Origin: an uncultured virus (IMG/VR IMGVR_UViG_3300033463_000096)
Taxonomy: Duplodnaviria > Heunggongvirae > Uroviricota > Caudoviricetes
Virus record (IMG/VR): IMGVR_UViG_3300033463_000096
Span: 1-64,000 of that record
Direction: 5' to 3' (one strand)
DNA length: 64,000 nt
The stretch's first letter is position 1, and each line of letters starts with the position of its first letter. Both the position numbers and the translations under genes were made by a program. Under the pieces are notes generated by a model. That model saw nothing but the letters and a program-made list of their open reading frames with translations. It was not told the origin of the DNA and searched no databases. Positions 38,180 to 48,271 of this stretch are shown in pieces.

Positions 38180-39145
38180 TTACATTTCTCTTGAAAATGA
38201 AGCAGCCTTCAACAAGAATGCATCCGAATCAGATACGCTCTTCTTTGGGCGGTACTTTTCAGTGATGATATCCTGAGTTTCATCTTCAATTTTAAGAGAT
38301 TGTGTCGTAGGCTTCACGCTTTCCGTAATACGCTGAGCATGAGGCTTAATCATGCGTGGCGCTGATTCGCAAATCATGTTTACGTAATCATCAATATCCA
38401 TTTTGGTTTCGGAATAGCTCTTGCTTTCAAAGAAGTTCTTAACGCGAGCACACTGTGCTGTGGTCAAGCCGTTTGTCTTTTCAGCAATAATAGCCCTCTT
38501 GTTTGCGGTTTCCAATTGTTCAGCCAAGCGCATGCTTTCTTTAACCTGCTTATCAAGAGATGTGCGAAGTTCAGCGTTTTGAGCCTTTGCTTCACGAATC
38601 TTTGCAGAGCCAGTTGTGTCAAGCGGAACGAACTTATCTTCAAATGCCTGTTTGATAACATTGATGATCGGTTCATATGTTTCGTTGACTGCTGTCTGCT
38701 TGATGAGGTTAGGACTGATCTTTTCGGAAATAGTAAATTCAAGCCAGCGGTCCATAGATTCAACCATGGATGCTTCCATCTGTTCCAATTCTTCTCCGTA
38801 GCGTTCCTTGAACTTTTCTTCAAAGAATCGGTAGATGTATTGTTCAGCAGCTTCTTCCAACTTCTTCTGTTGAGCGTCCAGCTTCTTCTGTGCGTTTTCA
38901 GTAATCTTAGCACAACGCTGTTCGCAATACTTATTGGCTAGTTCTTCAAGCTCAGCGGTTTTGGCCTTGATGGCTTCATCCAATTTTGCTTCGTAGAACT
39001 CAGCTGCTTTCTTGGCAAGATTTTTAGTTTCAATATCAAGCTTTGCTTGAACCGCTTCATCAACTGCTGACTGGAACGACTGCTTAATTTCATTCAAGTC
39101 TTCAGGAGTGAGAACAGCTGCAAGCTTTTCATAGATTTTATCCAT
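38180..39145 (-). CDS. gp22: Prohead core scaffolding protein (gp22-like)
   Basis: Coiled-coil, Glu/Lys-rich, with TNGLTTAQCARVK motif; immediately upstream of gp23; late promoter at 39203-39210. Confidence 0.8.
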   Translation of the reverse strand: MDKIYEKLAAVLTPEDLNEIKQSFQSAVDEAVQAKLDIETKNLAKKAAEFYEAKLDEAIKAKTAELEELANKYCEQRCAKITENAQKKLDAQQKKLEEAAEQYIYRFFEEKFKERYGEELEQMEASMVESMDRWLEFTISEKISPNLIKQTAVNETYEPIINVIKQAFEDKFVPLDTTGSAKIREAKAQNAELRTSLDKQVKESMRLAEQLETANKRAIIAEKTNGLTTAQCARVKNFFESKSYSETKMDIDDYVNMICESAPRMIKPHAQRITESVKPTTQSLKIEDETQDIITEKYRPKKSVSDSDAFLLKAASFSREM

Positions 39146-39225
39146 TCAATCCTCCAATTTGTTTTATACACCGAGATGGTGTTTATCAACCTTCTCTTAT
39201 TTTATTTATATGATTAGAAAAACAA

Positions 39226-39252
39226 AAATCCGATGGTTTTACCCATCGGATT
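39226..39252 (-). terminator. Rho-independent terminator
   Basis: aatccgatgg...ccatcggatt stem with an A run on its left side. Confidence 0.75.
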
Positions 39253-39271
39253 CTAATAAATTTGTTCGCTG

Positions 39272-39802
39272 TTAATACTCGTAGTGACTGTAATGCAGAA
39301 TTGCCTCGCGGTATTCGACCTTTGTCAGATCGCCATTGCTGAATGCGTCCTCGGTCCATTCAAGGCCGGCTTGACGCCAATCTTCATCGGTGCAAGGATC
39401 ATCTAGGTGATAGTGTGTATAGGCAGAGCCCATATATGCACCATCGGCATCGGCACGATCTTCATTAGATGGCAAATCGTTTTCATCATCTTGAACATCA
39501 TCAGGAGTATCATCATCAGTCTGGAATGATTTTGGAGAAAGTTCTCTTGCTTTTTTCAAGATCAGTTCAGCTTCTTTATCTAACTTATTATGATAAAACC
39601 ATTCTAGGTGCTGGTTAATCATCTTACCAAGTGTAACGATATTAGCCTTTCCGATATTATTTAGCTTAGTTCTGCGCTTAATTGAATTTGCTGCTGCTAT
39701 GATGTTTTCTTTATTCCATTCGCGAACAATGCTATTCACGCTGAATCTTTCCGCAATCAAACCGGCATTATTTAATGTAGATAGAGCTTCATTTAATTCC
39801 AT
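39272..39802 (-). CDS. MELNEAL-leader protein (putative internal head protein)
   Basis: N-terminus MELNEALSTLNNAGLIAE. Confidence 0.65.
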   Translation of the reverse strand: MELNEALSTLNNAGLIAERFSVNSIVREWNKENIIAAANSIKRRTKLNNIGKANIVTLGKMINQHLEWFYHNKLDKEAELILKKARELSPKSFQTDDDTPDDVQDDENDLPSNEDRADADGAYMGSAYTHYHLDDPCTDEDWRQAGLEWTEDAFSNGDLTKVEYREAILHYSHYEY

Positions 39803-39812
39803 TTGACGCTCC

Positions 39813-40274
39813 TTAGCCGAAATTCTTCAACAGACCGATTTCCTTATCAATCTTGCCAATCACTTCGCTGAACAAATTGTCCAGTGAGACCTTTGACGAA
39901 TACTGCTTCTTGAGCTTTTCGCATTCTTCACGGAACGCGGTCAACTTCAACATTGCGATAGATAGGTCGTAAGGTTCGGCAGTAATCTGATAGTTCTTGC
40001 TGTCAATCTTGAATTCATAACCCATTGACAAAACGGTTTCAACAAGATCATCAGCGAAGTCACGGATAATCTTGTAAACCTCTTCCCAATGCGTATGCTG
40101 GAACCCGCTCTTACAAGTCCAGTGATAAACCTGAATCTTGTTTGCGAATGTCAAAGCATCAAGAGCAAAGGTGAACAACTTGATGGTTTCAGCATCAACA
40201 GTGCTCGCCAAGAATGACAAGAAGTCAGCTTCAATCTTGCTCTTTTCAGGTACTCCTGTCTGCACTTCTTCCAT
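39813..40274 (-). CDS. Dps/ferritin-like four-helix protein
   Basis: QVYHWTCK..QHTHWEEVY......DDLVE matches the Dps-like ferroxidase pattern. Confidence 0.65.
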   Translation of the reverse strand: MEEVQTGVPEKSKIEADFLSFLASTVDAETIKLFTFALDALTFANKIQVYHWTCKSGFQHTHWEEVYKIIRDFADDLVETVLSMGYEFKIDSKNYQITAEPYDLSIAMLKLTAFREECEKLKKQYSSKVSLDNLFSEVIGKIDKEIGLLKNFG

Positions 40275-40639
40275 TACTTGCCTCCTTCTTGTGGCTGTGT
40301 ATCAACAGTAGCCACGGCACGCTTTGGCGGGTCAGTTGACAAGAATGTCTTTGACGGAGCAAGCAATTCATGTGTGTGACCAGCACATTCAAGCACCTTA
40401 CCATCAACGATCATATGTTCGTGAGTTGGCACATTTGCTGCACCCTTCTTAGGATCGTCAAGGGCATCACCTGTCTTGCCCCAACCAATCTTAGGATCCC
40501 ACAAGATATATTCGTGATGATGGGGTCCGACAAAGTTATTACCTTTGAACTTGTCGGTTTCTCCAATCTGCTGTGTTGACTCGTTTAACTGGTCAGCACG
40601 CTTGCAGATTTCACTCTTTGAGTACTGTTCAAAATTCAT
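40274..40639 (-). CDS. His-rich putative metal-binding protein
   Basis: Three HxH motifs (HHH, HEH, HTH). Confidence 0.6.
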   Translation of the reverse strand: MNFEQYSKSEICKRADQLNESTQQIGETDKFKGNNFVGPHHHEYILWDPKIGWGKTGDALDDPKKGAANVPTHEHMIVDGKVLECAGHTHELLAPSKTFLSTDPPKRAVATVDTQPQEGGK

Positions 40640-40651
40640 TTATAACCTCAA

Positions 40652-41236
40652 TTAGCCAACGTTTGAAATAACTTCGTATGTTGAGTACTTAAAGGTAACT
40701 GAACGGGTAACCTTTGCATCACCTTCCATATTCAATTCTGCAGAAGCAATTTCCTTCGGCCATGCGAAACGGAACTTATAAGAAATAGGGAGCTTGTTTG
40801 TCAAGGTTGAGTCATACAAGTCAACAGTGATAGTTGCTGTATAGTCCTTGAGGTAGTTAGAGTATGCACCACCAGTTACGCCAGTAGCGTCAATGTCGTC
40901 GTCAATGGCGTGGTTAAACATCAAGTTTGACCATCTGTGGAGCAGCTTTGAAATTGTCATATCCTGGAACTCGTCAAACTGAATGGTCAAGTCACCATCC
41001 ACTGTTGCCTTACCAGGGTAAACAAGCTTAGAGCCCATGTATTCGGTTGAAAGTTCGCCGAATGTTTTCTGCGGAATAGAAGCAGTCTTAGCACGAAGCA
41101 TCAAATCTTCAGCGCCAAGCATATCAGCCAGTTCCTTGTTGTCAAACTGGAAGGTCACTTGGAAGAGATACTGCTTCACCAAGTCTGGAAGGTTTTTAAT
41201 CTTAGTTGTGAAAACGCTCATATTATTTTCAGCCAT
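40652..41236 (-). CDS. gp19: Tail tube protein (gp19-like)
   Basis: YLFQVTF, AKTASIP, YMGSKLVYPGK, AWPKEI and VTFKYS motifs; AGGAG RBS; late promoter at 41265-41272. Confidence 0.85.
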   Translation of the reverse strand: MAENNMSVFTTKIKNLPDLVKQYLFQVTFQFDNKELADMLGAEDLMLRAKTASIPQKTFGELSTEYMGSKLVYPGKATVDGDLTIQFDEFQDMTISKLLHRWSNLMFNHAIDDDIDATGVTGGAYSNYLKDYTATITVDLYDSTLTNKLPISYKFRFAWPKEIASAELNMEGDAKVTRSVTFKYSTYEVISNVG

Positions 41237-41281
41237 ATAAAATCTCCTATTTCGTTCTATATTGTATTTATAAAGGTCTCC

Positions 41282-42877
41282 TTAGAATTCCATATCGCCT
41301 TCATCTTCCGACTCCTCGTCACCGCCTTCTTCCTTGATGGCGTCTCGAGCAGCCTTAATTTCTGCGACTTCTCTGTCAAGCATTGCCTGGTTGAGCAACT
41401 GGTCTTCAGTTGACATACCAAGGAATTTTTCCATAACGAATTGCTTTGACAACATCGGAGGAGCTTCATCAGAATCGTCCTTCGTATTGCTGCGTGTAGG
41501 CATCATAGTGACCAAGCCACCAAGAATACCGGCGCCCTTTTCTGCAATAGCCATTTCACGATAACGGCGAGTGTCTGTAGAAGGAATGAGCTTAATGTCG
41601 TATGCGTCAGAGTCAAGGTACTTATCTTCAAAGCCCATGACCTGCAACTGCACCATGAACACCTGCTTAATCACTTCAGCAAAGTCTTCAGCCCAACGAG
41701 CACAGCGCTGCTGGAACGAAGATTCGTCAATGCTCAATCCTTCAACGCCCTGAACATATTGTGCAGAGCCAGCATCAAGTTTCCAACGGGTTGCTGGAAC
41801 TTCCAAAGCATCAGCGACCATTTCCTTATAGCCTTCAATGGCTTCATGCATACCATTGAACTGCTGTCCACCCTGGAATGTTTCAACGGTAGTAGCATTA
41901 CCGTTACGATCTTGAAGTACCCAAATATCCTGCGACAATGCCTGTGTTGCAGCAGCACCATTTACAAGACCTGTATGTGGGTCAACATTCAAGTCACGGC
42001 GATACTGAGCAATACACTGCTGCAAGTATTCTTGCTGCTTCGGCAATGGTAGGCCACCGCCATAGATCTTCCAAATTCTCTTTTCCGGAGCACGAACCAT
42101 GAAGTAAACGGCTTGGGCGTCTTCCATACAGCGAAGCTGGTTAATAGGCTTAACTGCTGCTTCCAAGTGACCGCGAACGTCATTCAGGTTGTTGCCGTAT
42201 AGGCCATAGTTTGCGTATGCAATCTGGTTGCGTGTAAAGGTCTTGATATTATTGCGGTCATAGTCACCGCTAATCAATGATGGGTCTTGAATAAAGCCAG
42301 TTAGAATGCCTTCGTCATATACACAAAGCGTGCAATACGGTGGCAACTGTTTCAAGCCTACCACGCTATCTTTATTATCATTCAAACAAATTTCAAGGAA
42401 GATTTCTCCGTCAACCAACCAGCGGTTGAAATACTTCCACATCATCTTCTTCTTGAAGACGGCATTGACAATGTAATCAAACTGTTCCTTCAATGAGTTA
42501 AATTCAGTCTCGGTGAATTTGTGTCTGTATGCTGGGTCAATGTCAAATGTAGCCACTGAGCCATCGGCACGCTTTGAGCAACATTCATCGGAGATGATTG
42601 TAAGCATCTTCTTCACAAAGGCATACTTAGCCATTGTGCGATAGTAGTTAATTCTTTGTCTCTTTGTCGCAAAGACCGTTTCAAAAATGACGTTGTTCTG
42701 TTCATACGGATATACCGGAGAACCGGCGCCATATCCGCGAACCAGCTTGCTCAAGTCAAGCGTGTCTTCGCCAACACCATAAGAATTCAATTTAGCAAGG
42801 GTTTCTCTTGTCTGCGCCTTGTCTGGCGTAGTTTGTAGGAACCTATCGCTAAATGGATTTAATAAGGACCACTGCAT
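41282..42877 (-). CDS. gp20: Portal protein (T4 gp20-like)
   Basis: INYYRTMA, FNRWLVDG, HLEAAVKPINQLRCMEDA..VY..VRAPEKRIW and ALEVPATR motifs. Confidence 0.95.
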   Translation of the reverse strand: MQWSLLNPFSDRFLQTTPDKAQTRETLAKLNSYGVGEDTLDLSKLVRGYGAGSPVYPYEQNNVIFETVFATKRQRINYYRTMAKYAFVKKMLTIISDECCSKRADGSVATFDIDPAYRHKFTETEFNSLKEQFDYIVNAVFKKKMMWKYFNRWLVDGEIFLEICLNDNKDSVVGLKQLPPYCTLCVYDEGILTGFIQDPSLISGDYDRNNIKTFTRNQIAYANYGLYGNNLNDVRGHLEAAVKPINQLRCMEDAQAVYFMVRAPEKRIWKIYGGGLPLPKQQEYLQQCIAQYRRDLNVDPHTGLVNGAAATQALSQDIWVLQDRNGNATTVETFQGGQQFNGMHEAIEGYKEMVADALEVPATRWKLDAGSAQYVQGVEGLSIDESSFQQRCARWAEDFAEVIKQVFMVQLQVMGFEDKYLDSDAYDIKLIPSTDTRRYREMAIAEKGAGILGGLVTMMPTRSNTKDDSDEAPPMLSKQFVMEKFLGMSTEDQLLNQAMLDREVAEIKAARDAIKEEGGDEESEDEGDMEF

Positions 42878-42901
42878 GTTTTAACCTCACTTATGTTGTA
42901 T

Positions 42902-43660
42902 TTATTTAGCTAGTTCCATCTTACGAATGTAAGGTTGCATAGCCATAAACAACTTCGCTGGAACCTTGTCCATGAATGCTTGCTGCAACTCCTTTGGAGC
43001 GTCTAAAAAGTCTTTAGCAGCAACACACAAGAACTCAAGATTTGAAACAAGGTTCTCTGTAATTTCCGATATGTATTCAGGCGGTATCTCAATTACATCG
43101 CCAAACTCTGAATTGTTCGCATCCTTTTCTATTGACACAATTTCATGCTTTGTGTATATGTCAATAACCTGCTGCAGCCATTCGCTACCGCCCGCAATTT
43201 CTGAATAGAAATCCCAGAAGTAGTCAACGCCTTCGTCATCCGAAAATAGGTATGAGTGAGGTGACTCGTAAAGCATGCTTTCACGAACGGGGCGTAATGT
43301 TCTTTCCTTACCGATGTCTGGCAATTTGCCATCTGGACCACGAGCAGTCACAATGTCAGGTATCTTCTTGTTATACTGCATACCAGCATTACGACGAGCA
43401 ACAAATGATTTTCTTCTACGGAGCTCGATGATACCAACTTTGGCTTTTCTCTTCAACTTACCTTTACGCTGACCAAGTTTTCTGCGTCTGCGTTCACCAG
43501 CGGTAATACGCACTTCCTTCGGTTGACCGTTTTCATACTCAACACGATATTTGCCTTTCTTCGTGGTGACCCACTTTTTCTTGCGCTTACCGTTGCGGAC
43601 TACATACTTGACCTTCAATGCTTCGGACAATTCCTGTTCACAATAATCTGCAAAAATCAT
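42902..43660 (-). CDS. Prohead core protein, gp68-like, with extra C-terminal domain
   Basis: LSE motif followed by a very basic Arg/Lys-rich segment; adjacent to the portal gene; late promoter at 43679-43686. Confidence 0.55.
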   Translation of the reverse strand: MIFADYCEQELSEALKVKYVVRNGKRKKKWVTTKKGKYRVEYENGQPKEVRITAGERRRRKLGQRKGKLKRKAKVGIIELRRRKSFVARRNAGMQYNKKIPDIVTARGPDGKLPDIGKERTLRPVRESMLYESPHSYLFSDDEGVDYFWDFYSEIAGGSEWLQQVIDIYTKHEIVSIEKDANNSEFGDVIEIPPEYISEITENLVSNLEFLCVAAKDFLDAPKELQQAFMDKVPAKLFMAMQPYIRKMELAK

Positions 43661-43690
43661 GTAGCCTCTTCTTTATTGTATTTATACAGG

Positions 43691-43718
43691 AAAAAAGGGG
43701 TAGGATAAACCTACCCCT
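43691..43718 (-). terminator. Rho-independent terminator
   Basis: aaaaaaggggtagg-ataaa-cctacccct. Confidence 0.8.
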
Positions 43719-43738
43719 CTTCTGTTACGCCGGAAATC

Positions 43739-44923
43739 TTAAATGAACTTCTTGCCAACGCATTGGTTGTCAATCATTTCAAGCCAGGCATTGGTGTGCT
43801 TATCAGATTCAAGCCAGTAGCCGCCATCATTGATAAACTTGTATTGCCAATCAAGAATTTCGTTATACTTGTCCTTCTTGCACAATGCCCAGAATTTTTC
43901 GTCAATGTCTTCAACTGTGACATTGTCTGGCACCTTGCATTCAGGATGAATTTCTTCGTATGGCGAATCTTTATCGGCTGTGAATACGGTGCCGAGGAAC
44001 ACTTGACCAACTGCACAAGATTCAGTAAAGCGAAGGCTTGACTTGCACTTGTTGAATGCGTTGTTTACCAAGGGAGCAAAGGAGAAATCTGCGTTAGTCT
44101 CCATTACCTGACGAGGGAAGGAGTTGCAGTCAACCCAAGGTATGAACGTAATCTGGTCCTTAATGCACTCCCAGAACCAAGGCAAGGCACCCATAACGAT
44201 GAAGTTAATTTTGCCTTCCTTCACATTCTTAATAACCCAATCGCACCAAGCGTTGTCCATATCGCCCTTTAGAGGAGTAATGCCAGGGAATCCTTGCGGT
44301 TCCTGTGGGCTAGGTTTACGTGGTGGGACGGGGTTACGATAATGGCACGGCGAACCTGAATAAAGAACGGTAGGCTTCTTAAGATCTTCAGTCTTGTGCG
44401 GTTTACGAGGATATGACCACAAGAAGCGTGGCACAACATTTCGTATCACAGTCACATTATGAACATCAAAGATTTCTTCCATCTTAGCTTTCAAGTACTC
44501 GGTTGAAACGACCACTTCATCAAATAGCGGCAAAACCTGTCTACAAATTTCAGTGGTTTCATCGCCTGTGAAATGCAAAGACGCGGTGTTGTATGCAGGA
44601 ATGCATTCACCGTCAATCTTGAAAACTTGGTCATCAACTTCAAATACCATCTTGTAGCCAAACTTAGGCTGTAGAGCCTTATAGCGCTTGATAAGTTCAA
44701 TGTGCCCAGGCGTAATAGGGCGCTGGAATATCAAGCACTTAGCAGCTGCAAGATAGGAGCCATCAAAGATTGGGAATGGCATAAGCACCGGCTTGAAACC
44801 CAAGTGCTCGTGCCCAGCATAATACATTGCATTCCATCTCAATCTGTAGTGGCTACATCCTGAGTTGTCGAGCGGGAAAATTAGAACAAGAGATTTCCCG
44901 TCATTAGAATTTGCGTTTAACAT
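43739..44923 (-). CDS. Putative glycosyltransferase (GT-B fold)
   Basis: GCSHYRL, IFQRP, FEVDD, VVVSTEYLK and APLVNNAFNKCKSSLRFTE motifs. Confidence 0.7.
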   Translation of the reverse strand: MLNANSNDGKSLVLIFPLDNSGCSHYRLRWNAMYYAGHEHLGFKPVLMPFPIFDGSYLAAAKCLIFQRPITPGHIELIKRYKALQPKFGYKMVFEVDDQVFKIDGECIPAYNTASLHFTGDETTEICRQVLPLFDEVVVSTEYLKAKMEEIFDVHNVTVIRNVVPRFLWSYPRKPHKTEDLKKPTVLYSGSPCHYRNPVPPRKPSPQEPQGFPGITPLKGDMDNAWCDWVIKNVKEGKINFIVMGALPWFWECIKDQITFIPWVDCNSFPRQVMETNADFSFAPLVNNAFNKCKSSLRFTESCAVGQVFLGTVFTADKDSPYEEIHPECKVPDNVTVEDIDEKFWALCKKDKYNEILDWQYKFINDGGYWLESDKHTNAWLEMIDNQCVGKKFI

Positions 44924-44951
44924 TAAATCACCTCACGAAACTGTAAACTAT

Positions 44952-46016
44952 TTATTTGTCAAGTGTGCCGAGTGTATCACGAATGTTGTTGTTATCATTC
45001 TTCATTGCAGCGAGTTCTTCCTTGTTCTTGTCGCGGAGTTTGATTAGCGGCTGCTTGATTTTCAACATCAAATAGTTACGAGTCTTTTCATTGACATTGG
45101 CGCCAATCTTTCTTAGCAAGAATGATGCGTTCTTTGGGTTCTGGAATGTCACATCTTCAGCCTTGAGCAACTTACCGTTAAAGATAAGTGTCACTGCCTT
45201 CTTGACTGCTTCAATTTCTGCCAGCTGTCCATCAGGCAATGCTTCAATTACTGCGTTCATTGACTGCATAATACCCTTGACATCGTAGATGCAAGCACCG
45301 GCTGGTGTCGGCTGAACCACTTCTGCATTATCAGCGCCTTCAGTGAAGTCAGGGTCATCTTCATGACCTTCCATGTCGTATGGGTCAGTGTCTTCTTCTT
45401 CCCCATTGGCATCATCACCTTCGCCATCTTCGTCATCGTCTCCGCCAGAGCCACCACCTGCATCAGGTGCTCCGCCAAACGGATCTCCGCCGGCGTCATC
45501 TCCACCGAAATCATCGCCGCCCATATCGTCGCCGCCCATATCATCGCCACCATCAGCAAATGGATCATCACCGCCCATATCATCACCACCGGCATCAGGT
45601 GCAGTGTCTTCGTCACCTTCAGCTTCATTTAACTTGAACGGAACGTATTGCTTTGAAAGCTTGATAGGCTTTACAGCTTCCATCATGAATGCATGTATGT
45701 CCTTCATGTCGTTCTCCTTTGTAAAATAATTGTGCACTGTTGAAACAATGTCGGTCTTCTTCATGTGTTTGGTTTTAGCACCGACAAAGTAATCAAAGAA
45801 AACCCTTGCGTGTTTTGAATTGCTCTTTGAAAGAATGTCAGCCAGATCCTCCATGTTGCCGTCAAGTATCATCTTGACAATAAGCTCCATCAGTTCCTCA
45901 CAAGACTCGATAAGTCGTGCACGGATCTCGGGATCGGTTGCCTTAATATATCGCTTACAAAAACGGTCAAAGAATTTGTAGCGGGTGTCTATCTTATGGA
46001 ATACGGAATACTTCAT
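44952..46016 (-). CDS. Protein with acidic Asp/Gly low-complexity linker (possible prohead core component)
   Basis: GGDDM repeats follow KLNEAE. Confidence 0.65.
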   Translation of the reverse strand: MKYSVFHKIDTRYKFFDRFCKRYIKATDPEIRARLIESCEELMELIVKMILDGNMEDLADILSKSNSKHARVFFDYFVGAKTKHMKKTDIVSTVHNYFTKENDMKDIHAFMMEAVKPIKLSKQYVPFKLNEAEGDEDTAPDAGGDDMGGDDPFADGGDDMGGDDMGGDDFGGDDAGGDPFGGAPDAGGGSGGDDDEDGEGDDANGEEEDTDPYDMEGHEDDPDFTEGADNAEVVQPTPAGACIYDVKGIMQSMNAVIEALPDGQLAEIEAVKKAVTLIFNGKLLKAEDVTFQNPKNASFLLRKIGANVNEKTRNYLMLKIKQPLIKLRDKNKEELAAMKNDNNNIRDTLGTLDK

Positions 46017-46017
46017 A

Positions 46018-46605
46018 CTAGCTTAAATCAAAATCAGTGGATATTTCGTCAGTATTTATATGGGTATCGTGCTCTGCCTCGTCAATCATTTCATCCAGTT
46101 CTGTGGATGTCAAATACAAGTTTGTTGTGTTGTTTTGAATAAGTGTTTGAGCAGCAGGAGAGTTAGATGCCTTAGAAAGTGCCAAGCGTTCCTTTTGTTC
46201 CATAGACGCTTTTTGCATCTCTTCTTTCGTCTGAATAACTTGATAGTCTGTTATTGTTTTCTCTAGATCTTGAAGCTGTTTCAAATGCGAGGCCACAGTG
46301 TTAGACAGCGTGGCATAGACTTCAAAATATCTAGCTTGTGCATTTAACTTGCACATCTGCCCAAGAGTTTCAAGAACATGTGTGTCTTGAGAAATTTTCT
46401 CTTGTAGCATTACCCTCATATACTCGAGGCTCTTTAATGTATACTTCTGGCCTTTGAACTCAATAGTAGCCTCTTCTTCCTGAGGTTCTTCAGGTTCAGG
46501 AACTACCGGAGCAACGGGCTCAGTATTCAAAAGTTCTTCCTTAACTTTGTTGTCATCAACGCCGTTAATGTTGAACGCATCACATAGACTATCAAACTGT
46601 TTCAT
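46018..46605 (-). CDS. gp16: Terminase small subunit (T4 gp16-like)
   Basis: ARYFEVYATL and IQNNTTNLYLTSTELDEMI match gp16 motifs. ATG 46605 follows TATAAATA at 46610-46617. Confidence 0.75.
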   Translation of the reverse strand: MKQFDSLCDAFNINGVDDNKVKEELLNTEPVAPVVPEPEEPQEEEATIEFKGQKYTLKSLEYMRVMLQEKISQDTHVLETLGQMCKLNAQARYFEVYATLSNTVASHLKQLQDLEKTITDYQVIQTKEEMQKASMEQKERLALSKASNSPAAQTLIQNNTTNLYLTSTELDEMIDEAEHDTHINTDEISTDFDLS

Positions 46606-46679
46606 ATAGTATTTATACAAGAAAAACAGCAGTTATTTATAACTGCCGTTTTGAAAGGGTTTTAGAATGTTAAATGTGA

Positions 46680-47426
46680 TTATTCTTCGCCATACTGTTT
46701 ATTGTAGGCCTGGGTGCGGAACTCCTTCTTTGCGCCTTCAACTCTGTCGTGAATCTTCTGTTCAACGATAGCCATGACAAATGGTTCCAACTTGTCAAAG
46801 CGACCTGACAAGATCTTACCAATCATGTAGCCGCTGTTTTCGTTGAGAGGCATGCCTTGCTTAGCGAAATGGTTCCAGGCTTCTGATTTTGTTTCATCAG
46901 TTGTTTCTTCTTCTGATGATTCTTCTCCGCCTTCGTCGCCGCCTTCAAATTCAGCGTCGTCATCGCCTTCGCCTTCTTCGTCCCCACCTTCAAATTCTGA
47001 ATCGTCGTCAGTGAAATCATCGCCGCCTTCAGCAGTTTCGTCACCACCTTCAGCAGGTTCGCCTTCACCGCCTTCTTCACCGTCACCGTTCTGCTTAGCA
47101 ATCTGGTCGGTTAGAGCCTGAACAGCAGTAATCAAGGTCTGCATAGTGTCCTGCAGATCTTCCTGTTGTTCTTCGGGATCCTTTTCAACTCCGGCTTCGT
47201 CGTCGGTTGCTTCTGCATCGCCTTCGTCACCATCGCCATCCGGGTCGCCTTCATCAGAAATATCACCGTCGCCTTCTTCACCGCCATCTTCTGGAGGTAC
47301 ATCGTCTTCGGTAGTATCTTCAGGCTGTGCGTCTTCCGGAGTAACGGTCACTTCTTCTTCGCCGTCCAAGAATCCTTCTGACAGAGATGCCTTCTTACGG
47401 TTTTTATCGCTGATCTTTTTTGCCAT
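46680..47426 (-). CDS. Highly acidic protein (gp67-like prohead core candidate)
   Basis: Asp/Glu/Gly-rich, with LSE and LNE motifs; C-terminal KIHDRVEGAKKE helix; late promoter at 47457-47464. Confidence 0.55.
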   Translation of the reverse strand: MAKKISDKNRKKASLSEGFLDGEEEVTVTPEDAQPEDTTEDDVPPEDGGEEGDGDISDEGDPDGDGDEGDAEATDDEAGVEKDPEEQQEDLQDTMQTLITAVQALTDQIAKQNGDGEEGGEGEPAEGGDETAEGGDDFTDDDSEFEGGDEEGEGDDDAEFEGGDEGGEESSEEETTDETKSEAWNHFAKQGMPLNENSGYMIGKILSGRFDKLEPFVMAIVEQKIHDRVEGAKKEFRTQAYNKQYGEE

Positions 47427-47459
47427 ATTGTATATCTCCTAAAACCTCTTATATTGTAT

Positions 47460-47864
47460 TTATAAAGTCTTCAGAAAATTCTGAAACTCGGTGCTCTTGG
47501 TTAATTCACTGAACTGTTTATGCACTTCAAATGCTGCATCAAACGATTTTTCCTGCTTTGCTGCGACATCTTCAAATTCATTGAAGTACTGTGTCACATA
47601 ATCAGGTAGTGCGCCTTTGGTATCGTCCTTGTTGAAAAGAGCAGTCATTGCGATTGGGCTATATGATGTTTTCAACGCGGTTGAGTCAATCTTTGGTATC
47701 ACCTGTTCAACTCGATTAAGCACATTAAAGAGCGCTGTATCGTCCTTCACTGCAGCCTTGTCGCCCTTTGCCAACTTAGCAAGCACGAGGCTGTATACCA
47801 TCGGGTGGTCCTGTAAATCACAGAACTCCCTAGAGTTCTTCACAAAATCATTAAACTCACTCAT
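47460..47864 (-). CDS. Hypothetical late protein
   Basis: 134-aa ORF in an operon. Confidence 0.65.
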   Translation of the reverse strand: MSEFNDFVKNSREFCDLQDHPMVYSLVLAKLAKGDKAAVKDDTALFNVLNRVEQVIPKIDSTALKTSYSPIAMTALFNKDDTKGALPDYVTQYFNEFEDVAAKQEKSFDAAFEVHKQFSELTKSTEFQNFLKTL

Positions 47865-47866
47865 TC

Positions 47867-48268
47867 TTATCTAGTCCTTTTTTCTTTCAAGAAATCATAG
47901 TATGCGCCAATCTTTTCAAGCGATAATTGAATACCGCCAAGTGTCACCTTTATTTCTCGAATGTCTTCCTTTATTCCACTTGTTTCTTCTATCAGGTGGG
48001 TTACGTCCTTTTGAATTAGCTGCTTTTCCGTTTCCATCTTGTTCTGCTGCTCCTTCATATCCTTGACTTCTTCCTTGAGTTCGTCATATTGTTTCTGGAG
48101 TTGCGTAATTTCATTCGTATGAGTGTCATTCTGCTCATTACGAATCTTAGCAGTATTGGAGCGCTGCCATGCGATATAGCCAATTATCGCATAGCACAAC
48201 AATACAGCAATAAGAGCAACTATTGCTATAGGATTGTTTGTAGCAACTATTGAAAGAGCCGTTTCCAT
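47867..48268 (-). CDS. Membrane-anchored coiled-coil protein (holin candidate)
   Basis: N-terminal hydrophobic helix IAIVALIAVLLCYAIIGYIAW followed by a coiled coil and a basic tail. Confidence 0.5.
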   Translation of the reverse strand: METALSIVATNNPIAIVALIAVLLCYAIIGYIAWQRSNTAKIRNEQNDTHTNEITQLQKQYDELKEEVKDMKEQQNKMETEKQLIQKDVTHLIEETSGIKEDIREIKVTLGGIQLSLEKIGAYYDFLKEKRTR

Positions 48269-48271
48269 TCT

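Noticed and set aside
46634..46641. Additional TATAAATA late promoter
   Set aside because: It lies within a terminator-like hairpin, and a better-placed box sits at 46610-46617.
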